IMG/VR virus record: IMGVR_UViG_3300025127_006147 | Location: 1-64,000 of that record | From: a virus | DNA length: 64,000 nucleotides | Direction: 5' to 3' (one strand) | Shown here: in pieces, positions 55,701 to 64,000 of the stretch | Layout of the letters: every line of letters begins with the position of its first letter | How positions within the stretch are numbered: the stretch's first letter is position 1 | Notes under the pieces: generated by a model | What the model was told of the DNA's origin: nothing | The model's database searches: none | What the model saw: only the letters and a program-made list of their open reading frames with translations | Translations under genes and position numbers: made by a program

Positions 55701-57823
55701 TATCTTCAGTTAATTTGGTACCTAAACCACAACCCGAACCTGAACCAGAACCAAAACCACCAGTAGATAGAAAAAGAATTAGACCAATACAACAACAAGA
55801 AGAACTTAATATAGAAAAAGATAAAAATACTAGGAGAGAAATAGCTAATAAAGTTTTAATGAAAATGGTTACCGAATGTGACTATTTTGATATGATTCAA
55901 GAAGAAAACGAATTTATTTACGATTCTTTAAAACAAAAATTTAAATTTTTTCACCCAGCATTTCACGCTATTACACCAGAAGGGTTAAATAGTAGACTTA
56001 CCTTCCTTAATCAATGTGTAAGACCAGGAGCGACAATACCTACAGTTGTAGATAAAAATGGTACATTAAATAGGAGTGTTGATGCTAAAAATACATCTTT
56101 TGGTGCACCCCCTATATGTGTGTTAAGATTTGGAGATTTTTATCACACTAAGATTGCTATAAATCAAGTTTCTTTAACTTATGATGAAAACTTGTTGGAT
56201 TTAAATCCAGAGGGTATAGGTGTACAACCTATGATAGCTACTGTAAGTCTTAACTTTAATTTTATTGGTGGACAAGGATTAAAAGAACCCGTAAATCAAC
56301 TTCAGAACGCGTTATCGTTTAATTTCTTTGGTAATACTGAAATGTATGATGATAGAGCGGTATTAACAGTGACAGACGATGACCCAGATGAACAAGCCTG
56401 GATTGCTGAAAATTCAGACTTAATTAACAATACTGGTTTAGAAAACCCTGAAGGTACAGCTGATGAAACAGACGAACAAGACACATCAGCAAATGATGGA
56501 ATAACTATTGGTGATAGAACTAATTCATACGGTGGAACAACTGGACAAACTGGAACAATTAATTACAAAAATAATTGGAATGATTTAAGTAATGCAGCTT
56601 ACGAATATATTACTAGTACTAACAACGATTTATTTAATTACGTTAAAAATCAAAACTACGCAGGATTAAAAATATTCTTTGATAAAAAACAAATGTTTGA
56701 GGGTGAGTATACTGTTGCTACATCAACAGGTCCAATAGGTACTTCTGGAAATTTAATAGGCACATCAAAAGGTTGGGAAGTAAGACTTAAATCGATTGAG
56801 GATGATTATAAATCTAAAATTGAGGGAGGGACAACCCACATACAGATTTTAGCTACAGACCTAACACCAACCCAAGAAGACGATTTAAAAACATTCTTAT
56901 TAGAACAATTAGATTTAAATATATCAGATTATGAATACCAGTTTACACAGTTGGACCTAGATTTAAAAGCGGCCACACTAAAATATGTAAAAAATATAAA
57001 TGCGTTAAATATTATTAATAGTGGTGGTGACGGTTATGGTGAAAATGGTAAATGGACGGTATTAAAGTTATCGGGAGGTTCCGAAACGTATCCAGTAGCT
57101 AACGGTGTGACAGCACCAACAGATACACTAGAAGAATTAGGCAACGACTACAATTACTTAACCAACCTAATAACGTGTTATAGTCAAATTTATAATGGAG
57201 ACGATAATGGATTATCCGTAGGTAATGTCCTTAATGACGTTATAAGTGCCAAACTTACTGGCCCTAATGAATTACAGATGGGTGTGTTAGGTGGAGTAGG
57301 TAACACATTTAGTTCTCCATCTGCATCAAATTTAACCCCGTTTATTATGGAGTATTACTTATTTGGTATGGACTTAATGGACCAATCTACAATAGACTCT
57401 TTAGTTACTACTAATATTCAACCACTAAAAGATAATAATAGAAATTATACTGGACCAGCACTTTTTATAGATAATATGGTTAATGTACTTTATCCACCAC
57501 CATTTACAGTTCCTAACTGGGTAAGTACTTTTAGAAATGAAGTATCTCAGTACATCGCACTTAATGAAGATTTTTATATGAGAAAATTATTAGACATTAA
57601 AGAAGAATTTGTAGATAAAATGACACCACAAGGCAAGAGTACATTATCACAAGGACTAACCAACTTAATATACCCAACAAACTTAACTGACTTGAAAGAT
57701 GATAAAAAACGTGAAATGACATATGAACAGATTACTGACCAAAGTATAGAGGCCGAATTAAGAAAGTACGCGAGTAAAACAAATCAAGGTCCAGACAGTA
57801 GTTTTAATTTAAAATTTAATTAA
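52772..57823 (+). CDS. Giant baseplate/tube-initiator protein (gp48/gp54-like segments) with an inserted OmpA-like domain
   Basis: FPPYDLSVDESSSANW..LGRPEPIYTYNNTNRTGSLRF and PPICVLRFGDFY segments flank FYFDNDYP..GSASS..YNKKLSKRRLDSV; TATTTATA at 52748-52755. Confidence 0.7.
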   Translation: MPGSPQNNNFSSLSFSGTKALRDLLLTKNLPNPEGLGPYGNFTNATYSTASLSVKDVVDQPPVEENSEMFLNKLYLNNAYGPEGGYSDFVKIYTTSQGVAKVNEGEYPDFTAPETGTGLFGENPFRLVGRYYSPIDILLGVSAEGLLSQTLLEDSPLQQAGAIQLRAEFQERIAQELYQETIGRLSFVDALQDPVDALEIVTGRQPLIDRNYSITQPKSLVGQGLDFVSRLTGVYVPYSYIPGDYFELEPPRGLSTAGKIISDVTGILGSLVGIPRRRQSPSQRFLEYTGGGTKSKLFKAIRYNKYGPQYGEGAQAQTAIGAGFGEAIDFIGGGILGFGNNPPNRPQYIGGPRNRVADMTSPPDNTFAGKNYVPMFGPDAVAKEFDSNEYEFGMKGRAYTNQGNVPGGFTWFTDKTPGGGFLNSVASLFNNNANNNRIGPQEPGATQGPEASTDDTTRYQTPNNYDSTKSTNYKFREDSIMDTTQQIIDSVPKGGAALKSVSHAMNQVSKVFNDGYKELTKGSRVRKYVNTDPTSGQGVEEAREYCRVWTKDVPYYTYDRLVRFNMNHRKETYSVLDSPYNLNIAPHRTDESGKGSSNIVDGKVKKYMFSIENLAWRTSGEPGFTYDDLPSCEKGPNGGRVMWFPPYDLSVDESSSANWTENNFLGRPEPIYTYNNTNRTGSLRFRIVVDHPSILNLLVRKELEKLGPEETDAIVDSFFAGCKRYDIFDLARKWKQFSVNELASLNEQLNTPGLSDRATREIINESATEEPEKIVEIPEPNLPDGLTFYFDNDYPNPNTSRITSTVSYVACAEGSMSKFGQYLVPGGTSFQPQIDRATTNDKAGLTNFFEEKAYSEYQDKWPTFARELKRVLDTGLWEVTLNFKGSASSIASNSYNKKLSKRRLDSVVQMFQEYEIDGKNAFNNYLTSGDLSIPTGEALGEEFCNNVLYSATTGTGEAGESGAVYSAPAASCRYVTISSVNLVPKPQPEPEPEPKPPVDRKRIRPIQQQEELNIEKDKNTRREIANKVLMKMVTECDYFDMIQEENEFIYDSLKQKFKFFHPAFHAITPEGLNSRLTFLNQCVRPGATIPTVVDKNGTLNRSVDAKNTSFGAPPICVLRFGDFYHTKIAINQVSLTYDENLLDLNPEGIGVQPMIATVSLNFNFIGGQGLKEPVNQLQNALSFNFFGNTEMYDDRAVLTVTDDDPDEQAWIAENSDLINNTGLENPEGTADETDEQDTSANDGITIGDRTNSYGGTTGQTGTINYKNNWNDLSNAAYEYITSTNNDLFNYVKNQNYAGLKIFFDKKQMFEGEYTVATSTGPIGTSGNLIGTSKGWEVRLKSIEDDYKSKIEGGTTHIQILATDLTPTQEDDLKTFLLEQLDLNISDYEYQFTQLDLDLKAATLKYVKNINALNIINSGGDGYGENGKWTVLKLSGGSETYPVANGVTAPTDTLEELGNDYNYLTNLITCYSQIYNGDDNGLSVGNVLNDVISAKLTGPNELQMGVLGGVGNTFSSPSASNLTPFIMEYYLFGMDLMDQSTIDSLVTTNIQPLKDNNRNYTGPALFIDNMVNVLYPPPFTVPNWVSTFRNEVSQYIALNEDFYMRKLLDIKEEFVDKMTPQGKSTLSQGLTNLIYPTNLTDLKDDKKREMTYEQITDQSIEAELRKYASKTNQGPDSSFNLKFN

Positions 57824-57825
57824 TT

Positions 57826-58326
57826 ATGGCTAGATATTATAATAGATATAGTGATTTTAATATAAATGGAGAAAACCTTACTGTGCCATTTCTTAAACTA
57901 CCATCACTACCAACAGATAAAAAAACAATTTATAAAGTTAACAGTTCCAGATTAGATAAAATTAGTCAACAATATTATGATAGCCCTTACTTTGGTTGGT
58001 TAATTTTACAAGCTAATCCACAGGTTGGTGGGTTAGAATGGAATATTAAAGACGGACAAGTATTGATTGTTCCGTATCCTTTAGTAGCTTCTTTGCAAAA
58101 TTATAAACAAGCGGTAGACGACTATTTTTTCTTCTACGGTAAAAATTTACCTATGAATACATATACTGTTCCTAATATAACTTCAACACCAATAACCTAT
58201 GTAGCACCTGTATCTAATGGTACAAGTACAACACAGGGTAGTAACAACACAACTGGAACTCAAGGAACCATAAACACCACACCTAACACGTCTAATGGTG
58301 GTGGTTCATATTCGTCTTCTTATTAA
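57826..58326 (+). CDS. LysM-like baseplate wedge protein (gp53-like)
   Basis: RLDKISQQYYDSPYFGWLILQANP..GQVLIVP. Confidence 0.78.
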   Translation: MARYYNRYSDFNINGENLTVPFLKLPSLPTDKKTIYKVNSSRLDKISQQYYDSPYFGWLILQANPQVGGLEWNIKDGQVLIVPYPLVASLQNYKQAVDDYFFFYGKNLPMNTYTVPNITSTPITYVAPVSNGTSTTQGSNNTTGTQGTINTTPNTSNGGGSYSSSY

Positions 58327-58340
58327 CTGTATGATTAATT

Positions 58341-61300
58341 ATGGCAAATGAAATTTCTAATGGTGATAATGTCTTAGTAGAGTTTTCCGAAAACAATATA
58401 TTACTAGTAGACCCTAATAGAGTATTTGAGGGTGGAAGAGTAAAAGACCGTTTAGTTGACTCTGAAAATTTGGTTATATACGCTAGTTTAAAAGCTAGGG
58501 TAGTACCTCGTAGTAAATTAATTAGTGGTGCGGGAGTTGACAACCAGACACCAGAAGCGTTCGTAGATGTTTTTGAAGGAGAAATAAATTTTCTAAAACC
58601 CCAAGGAAAAGACTATTATACAAGTGATTGGACTGACACACAAACAGGCAAAGGATTTGGAAGTGAAGCAGGTTCTTTTAATCAAAGGGTACAAACTAGT
58701 ACTATTGGAGCTAACGGACAATTACTATTCAAAGAACAAATTAGAAATAAAATAGATTCCGAAGGTTTTGGTATTAATAACATTTCAGTAACACTTAACA
58801 GAGCGTTTACACCAATAGTTAATATTACTTTTACTGACGTTAGGGGTCAAACATTATTTGAACAAGGCCCTAATTCACCATATGCTGCTTTTTTCCAATT
58901 ACCATATCCTTTATTTAAATTAAAATTAAAAGGTTATTATGGTAAAGCGGTGGAGTATCAGTTAATGTTGGAAAAATTTAACGCGTCTTTTGATTCTAGT
59001 ACTGGAAATTATAATGTAACTTGTAATTTTAAAGGTAGGGTTACCGCTTTATTAGCTGATATTACCTTACAAGAAATGCGTATAGCACCTTATATGTTTG
59101 CTAGGTCATATGAGATAGAAACTGGAGAAGATGAAAAATCTTCTTTTATAAGTAGCAGAGGTAGACAAACCTTAAGTCAAGTTTATGCAGCTTATAAATC
59201 AAAAGGTCTAATTGGAGAAAGTTTACCTGATTTAACTATAGATGACTTAATTGAAAGAATAAAACAATTAGAAACTGATATAGAAAAAAAATTAAAAAGT
59301 TATAATTTAGACGCTTTAGATGACATTGAGACTTATGACAAGTATTCTACTTCCTATAGAAATAAAATACTTGCTTCTGGAGGTTGGAGAGCAACCTATA
59401 TAGATAATGATATAAATTCTGTAAGTGGCCCACAAGTAGATATATCTACAGATGTGGTTTATTATCAGTTTAAAAAAACATATAGAGATAATCCCGTAAA
59501 ACAAAAAGACGCTTTTGAAAATTTAAAGAAAAGGATAAAAGAAGGTAATGAAGCTTTACTTAGAAATAAAACATTTGGTAAAGGGGGAAAACAGGCGATT
59601 CCTGTAGATATAAAATTAGAAGATTTTGAAAGTTCACCCCCTACAGGGTTTGAAGACAGTACTAGTAATTGGTTTAGGTTTGATGTTTTTGAAGAAAAAA
59701 TTGGTAAAATAATTACAGTATTTAACACAAAAAGAACTGAGATTGAAACCACACTAACATCTGCTGTTAATGAAGTTGTGATAGAATCGTTAGGGTTTAA
59801 CCCAACAGTTAGAAATATATTTGCGATTATGATAGCTCATGCAGATACATTCTTAAGATTGATGGACGAAACCCACACCCAAGCTTTCGAAGTTAGAGAT
59901 GAACTAGATAGATTGAATGCGGTTAAAGGACCAGGAAATCCTAGTAGTGCTGATGAAGATGTTATAGTTTATCCTTGGCCACATTATTATATTGAAGAAA
60001 CAACAGAAAACGGACCACAATATGTAAGTACTTATCCTGGTTCACCCAAAGTTTTAGGACAAACCAAAGCTTATAACGCCACACTATGGCCTGAAGTTAA
60101 CTTTGTCGAAGAATTTTTTAAAGCACAAGTAATTAGTAATTCGGACACTAAACCCGAATTTTCTGTAAATACTGTGGGTGGTAATTGGGTACCCATATCT
60201 TCTTTTGAGTTGGGAGAAGAACAAGTTTATATAAACAAAGCTACAGTCCCATTCAACTACGAAATCTGGGACCGTTCAGTAGCTTTTTCATGTTTTTATG
60301 GTTTAGCTACTAGATTAAAAGATAATGTTGCTAAAAATACCTATTATGAATTATCTAAAATAGAAGCAGCAAATATAAAAGAATATCTTACAGGCCTGTT
60401 GGACCTTAACGAATTATTAAAAAATCAAAATTTTGATTATAATACTTACATAGATTACTTACAACAAATTTCACCACTAAATAACTACCAACTCTTATTA
60501 AGAGACCAGTTTAGTACACCCTACATTAGAGAAAAAGTTAATAACTCCACTTTTACTATTAGACCATTTAATTCTTTTAAAAGTTTAACATATCAACTAA
60601 ATGATGGTGAAATAGAAAGTTCATTAGAGTCTTTAAATACTGTATTAGCTTCTGGAAACATAAGAGAAAATAATATTTTAGAAACTTTTCCTTTTTCTCA
60701 TTTTGTTTCTAATGCACCAAACACTTCCTGGACAGTAAATAATTTAGCTGGTGGAGTACAAATATCTAGTTATGAAAATTTAAACAGTATATCACAGAGT
60801 ATAAGTTATCAATCAGACCAAAAAGTTTTTGCATCAATTATACCTAATAACACTACCTCATCTGTTATAGAAAATATTCAATTTTATACTGATGGGGATT
60901 GGGCAGCAAAAACAGCTATAACAGATTTAGCCACAAAAATAGATACAAGATTTATAAACAATCAAAATACTAAAAATTCTTGGCAAGTATTTTTCGATAA
61001 TGTACAATTCCAAGAAAACTCATCTTATGTTTCTAACCAAAATTTGGTAACTACAGAAGGTAGTTTGAATTATGGGGATGATTATGGTGGAGATATATCC
61101 TCTAAACAAATAACTTCATTATTAAATACACCATACTTTATTAATAGTTTAGTGGAAGGTGTAAATAATGAAATTAATAATACTAGTAATCCCTATAAAT
61201 CAGCAGCCTACTTATTTTTAAATTCATTACCTTTACCCACACTAAGAGAAAAAACATTATTATCTAATCAGTCTACATATAACTTATATGGTGATTATAT

Positions 61301-64000
61301 CGGTAAAACTCTGAACCAAGTTTCAGCAGTGCATCCTTTACCCAGTGCGTGGATTTTAAAGTATGGTGCTATTTGGCATAGATATAAAGAATTTACAAAT
61401 AACGGTTCTGACTTTCTTTCCTCTATTTGGGACAATTTTGATGCCAACACTTATTTTAATAATAGTAATGGTTTGGGTTATACCTATGATTTAAATGTCG
61501 GGCCCAATAATACATTAACAAGTTTTGGAGGACAATGGTCCCCCACCCCAACATCCGACCAGTTAAATCTTGGATTTTATCCTGAGTTAAACAACTATAT
61601 TTATTATTTTGTAACTGGTGAACTTTTATATGATGGGTTAAATATAAGTGGTTTCCCAATAACGGACAATCAAGTTAATCAGTTAATTTTACAGGAAGCG
61701 TTATTTCTTAAAAACGCGGAAGAATTAACAATAACTTCTATACCTACTGACCCAGTACAAACCAAAGCTAGTTTGTGGTTCAATTATTATGATTTAACCA
61801 GAGAGGGTTATCTTAGTGGATATACTACTGCACAGTACTTACTTTTCCCATGTGAAGGGGGTATGAAAAAATCACAACTAGAATTTGAAGTTAATACACC
61901 ATATAATTTAATTAATAATAGTAATGTAACTAATGGTGCCGCAAGACTAGTTTGGTCTTTATCGAATTACGGTTATTTTGAACACAATCAAAATACTTTC
62001 CCACAACCAGACCAATACCTTAAAGTGATTGATAGTACACAAGAAGAACAACTGTCTTTTAATATTAGTAATAATGAAAACTATTCTTCCATTGAAGAAT
62101 TATTTGATATTTTTACACCCCAGATACTCGATACATTTGAGGAGTATTTTCTAAATTTTACAGAAGCTTTTAATCCAGACCCACCAGTATATTACGATAG
62201 TGAAGACATTAGAAGTTTGAATTTCCAAAAAACCATTAGAGAATTTTTGAAAATAGACCAAGACAAAGTTAACGATTCTCAAAGTAATACACAACTAAGT
62301 TATAATTTAGGTCAAACACAGTTAAATAAAATTAACTCTACTTTAAGAGAATTTTTGTCACACCAAACAGCTTTTAATTTCTACAACCCAAAAGATATAG
62401 ATATCTTAGTATTTAAAAGTATGGCTCCCCAATCAGGAGCTACACCTTACATAACTTTTGGTCAATATAAAGGTAATTTACCCCCAGACATTTCTTTAAA
62501 TGATTCCACAACCCTATATGTAAACGAGTGGAAAGAATTAAGACAACAAGTAGGTTTTTATAGTGACTCTTTATCTTCCGCTTATACATTAAATTTAATT
62601 TATAACGATAGTGGAAACTATGTAACAGAATTTTTCCGTGAGTTTAATATCGACTTTAATGTCCCCAACATTAAAAACCTGAGAAAAATTATTAGAATGT
62701 ATGTAACTGCTAGAATTGAAGCGGGAGCGACACAAAATATAGACAATATAGAATTTTTACAAAGAATTAAAACGGAATCTATTGAAGCGTGGGAATTTGC
62801 ACAATTTGATTTTATAAATCAATTGTTTATACAACTAAAAAAAGTGTTACCACAAACAGCGGAAACAGAAATCGAAGAATTTACAAACAATTCTACTTTT
62901 GAAACTGATGAAGCTAAATTAGAACAATATCAGGTATTTAAGACTCTAAACGATAAGTGGGTAAGTGGGGAAGAATTCAGTAATAAGTATTTGTTTGAGG
63001 ATTTCTTATTTTATGATGTAGCTAACAGAGATGTGGGTGATAAAGCTATAATTACTACTGATGCTATTGCCAATTTTGATAGTATTAATAACGCTAATAA
63101 AAGTTTATTAACCATTATAGGAGCTATTTTACAAGGTAACTTCTTTAACTTTATGGGTATGCCTAGTTATATTAATTTTTACGGTATGACATCACAAGGT
63201 AACACACCCATCCCTAAATTAAGTACTCAAGAAGAAGCAGACGCTATTTTTGGTACACATTTAGAGGTAGATACTCTAGACTCAGGACCTAAATTTTTAT
63301 GTCAATACGTAGGACCACCGTCAACACAATTGGGTGGTGAATTAGCTAAACAAAGTAAATATGAAAATGATTCCTTCCTTTTAGGTAGGACAGCTCAAAA
63401 TCCATTACTTTCAACCGACTATGACCCACAAAAAAATAATAAGGTAGTTGCTTTTGCGGTAGATTTTGGAATACAGAGTCAAGGGGTATTTAAAGGAATT
63501 AGTTTAGACCAGAGTGAATTTAAAAACACTTCTGAATCTTTTGCTGTTACAGAATCCATGGCACAATCAGCGAATGATAAAAGTATTTTAACACAAGGAT
63601 TAAGTTTATTTAATATCTATAAAACTAGGTCGTATACATGTAAAATAGAAGCTATGGGTAATGTGTGTATACAACCAACAATGTACTTTTCACTCAGACA
63701 CATTCCAATGTTTAGTGGACCTTACTTAATATTAGACGTTGAACATACAATACAACCTAATACTATGACTACTAGTTTTACTGGAGTTAGAGTACCATTC
63801 CATAAAATGCCTGAAATAAGTCAACTAGTAGCTAAAGTTAATCAAACGTTTTTAAACAAACTAAGAAAAAAAGTAAAAGAAGAAAAAGCAATTCAAAGAC
63901 AAGGAGGATTTGAACCAGAGAGCACTACAGAAAGTAATTCAGTTAGAGAAGGTAATTATAATTTTAGGGGTAGAGATGATGGTAAGTTAGATTATATAAT
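58341..64000 (+). CDS. Very large baseplate hub protein (gp27/late-control-D-like), truncated by the window edge (>1880 aa)
   Basis: Not in the ORF track because no stop is reached. ATG 58341 gives MANEISNGDN, and the frame is open in both terminal segments I translated. N-terminal GFGINNISV..VNITFTDVRG..FKLKLKGYYG; near the end RSYTCKIEAMGNVCIQPTMYF..GPYLILDVEHTI. Confidence 0.75.
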   Translation, partial: MANEISNGDNVLVEFSENNILLVDPNRVFEGGRVKDRLVDSENLVIYASLKARVVPRSKLISGAGVDNQTPEAFVDVFEGEINFLKPQGKDYYTSDWTDTQTGKGFGSEAGSFNQRVQTSTIGANGQLLFKEQIRNKIDSEGFGINNISVTLNRAFTPIVNITFTDVRGQTLFEQGPNSPYAAFFQLPYPLFKLKLKGYYGKAVEYQLMLEKFNASFDSSTGNYNVTCNFKGRVTALLADITLQEMRIAPYMFARSYEIETGEDEKSSFISSRGRQTLSQVYAAYKSKGLIGESLPDLTIDDLIERIKQLETDIEKKLKSYNLDALDDIETYDKYSTSYRNKILASGGWRATYIDNDINSVSGPQVDISTDVVYYQFKKTYRDNPVKQKDAFENLKKRIKEGNEALLRNKTFGKGGKQAIPVDIKLEDFESSPPTGFEDSTSNWFRFDVFEEKIGKIITVFNTKRTEIETTLTSAVNEVVIESLGFNPTVRNIFAIMIAHADTFLRLMDETHTQAFEVRDELDRLNAVKGPGNPSSADEDVIVYPWPHYYIEETTENGPQYVSTYPGSPKVLGQTKAYNATLWPEVNFVEEFFKAQVISNSDTKPEFSVNTVGGNWVPISSFELGEEQVYINKATVPFNYEIWDRSVAFSCFYGLATRLKDNVAKNTYYELSKIEAANIKEYLTGLLDLNELLKNQNFDYNTYIDYLQQISPLNNYQLLLRDQFSTPYIREKVNNSTFTIRPFNSFKSLTYQLNDGEIESSLESLNTVLASGNIRENNILETFPFSHFVSNAPNTSWTVNNLAGGVQISSYENLNSISQSISYQSDQKVFASIIPNNTTSSVIENIQFYTDGDWAAKTAITDLATKIDTRFINNQNTKNSWQVFFDNVQFQENSSYVSNQNLVTTEGSLNYGDDYGGDISSKQITSLLNTPYFINSLVEGVNNEINNTSNPYKSAAYLFLNSLPLPTLREKTLLSNQSTYNLYGDYIGKTLNQVSAVHPLPSAWILKYGAIWHRYKEFTNNGSDFLSSIWDNFDANTYFNNSNGLGYTYDLNVGPNNTLTSFGGQWSPTPTSDQLNLGFYPELNNYIYYFVTGELLYDGLNISGFPITDNQVNQLILQEALFLKNAEELTITSIPTDPVQTKASLWFNYYDLTREGYLSGYTTAQYLLFPCEGGMKKSQLEFEVNTPYNLINNSNVTNGAARLVWSLSNYGYFEHNQNTFPQPDQYLKVIDSTQEEQLSFNISNNENYSSIEELFDIFTPQILDTFEEYFLNFTEAFNPDPPVYYDSEDIRSLNFQKTIREFLKIDQDKVNDSQSNTQLSYNLGQTQLNKINSTLREFLSHQTAFNFYNPKDIDILVFKSMAPQSGATPYITFGQYKGNLPPDISLNDSTTLYVNEWKELRQQVGFYSDSLSSAYTLNLIYNDSGNYVTEFFREFNIDFNVPNIKNLRKIIRMYVTARIEAGATQNIDNIEFLQRIKTESIEAWEFAQFDFINQLFIQLKKVLPQTAETEIEEFTNNSTFETDEAKLEQYQVFKTLNDKWVSGEEFSNKYLFEDFLFYDVANRDVGDKAIITTDAIANFDSINNANKSLLTIIGAILQGNFFNFMGMPSYINFYGMTSQGNTPIPKLSTQEEADAIFGTHLEVDTLDSGPKFLCQYVGPPSTQLGGELAKQSKYENDSFLLGRTAQNPLLSTDYDPQKNNKVVAFAVDFGIQSQGVFKGISLDQSEFKNTSESFAVTESMAQSANDKSILTQGLSLFNIYKTRSYTCKIEAMGNVCIQPTMYFSLRHIPMFSGPYLILDVEHTIQPNTMTTSFTGVRVPFHKMPEISQLVAKVNQTFLNKLRKKVKEEKAIQRQGGFEPESTTESNSVREGNYNFRGRDDGKLDYI

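Noticed and set aside
5104-61659. Numerous short track ORFs opposite or inside larger genes (e.g. 19508-19819, 24544-24918, 27146-27535, 48409-48642, 52058-52675, 58292-58543)
   Set aside because: Fully overlap well-supported genes on the other strand or frame and show no motifs.
1-64000. Stop-codon reassignment (as in Lak or some crAss-like phages)
   Set aside because: Conserved proteins (PolB, sheath, helicase, Gmd) are full length under code 11, genes abut tightly, and TAG and TGA end genes at sensible places (e.g. 50433-50435 and 12518-12520).
1-64000. Giant eukaryotic virus (NCLDV), suggested by the glycosylation genes and Cys-rich proteins
   Set aside because: Contractile tail sheath, tube, neck, baseplate, a sigma factor and bacterial promoters and terminators indicate a tailed phage.
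1-64000. CRISPR array, tRNA or rRNA genes
   Set aside because: No regularly spaced repeats or cloverleaf-like sequences seen; intergenic gaps are mostly under 150 nt and explained by promoters, terminators or small ORFs. tRNAscan/Infernal not run.

Overview
This is a gene-dense, AT-rich 64-kb segment (roughly 30% GC by eye) of a large T4-like contractile-tailed phage, read in standard code 11. The host is probably a Bacteroidota member: there are three TTTG-N19-21-TAnnTTTG promoters and A-rich leaders without Shine-Dalgarno sites. Positions 1-24.2 kb are all minus strand. They carry a gp55-like sigma factor, PhoH, dUTPase, a PolB-type exonuclease and a ~19-kb glycan-biosynthesis block. That block has about ten glycosyltransferase genes (GT2, GT-B, GT10, GT11, GT25), two SAM methyltransferase domains, RfbB and a gmd-colD-fcl/colC trio that reads as a GDP-colitose pathway. 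Positions 24.2-64 kb carry a Cys-rich virion protein, a tail fibre, family-B DNA polymerase, an SNF2 helicase, neck/terminator proteins (gp13/14/15-like), tail sheath, tail tube, tail chaperones, tape measure and baseplate proteins. The chaperone pair has a candidate +1 frameshift. Between sheath and tube sits a cassette of P-loop kinase, DeoC, nucleoside-deoxyribosyltransferase-like protein and HAD phosphatases, whose enzymes mostly carry extra N-terminal leaders ending in I/L-x-E. Main hypotheses (all untested): (1) a phage-autonomous virion glycosylation system whose acceptors may be a strongly repeated [S/T]-G-x-T motif in structural proteins; (2) head-packaged nucleotide-catabolic enzymes; (3) a late promoter TATTTAT(A), the reverse complement of the T4 late promoter. 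No tRNA, rRNA or CRISPR array was recognised. All family assignments come from motif recognition, not database searches.
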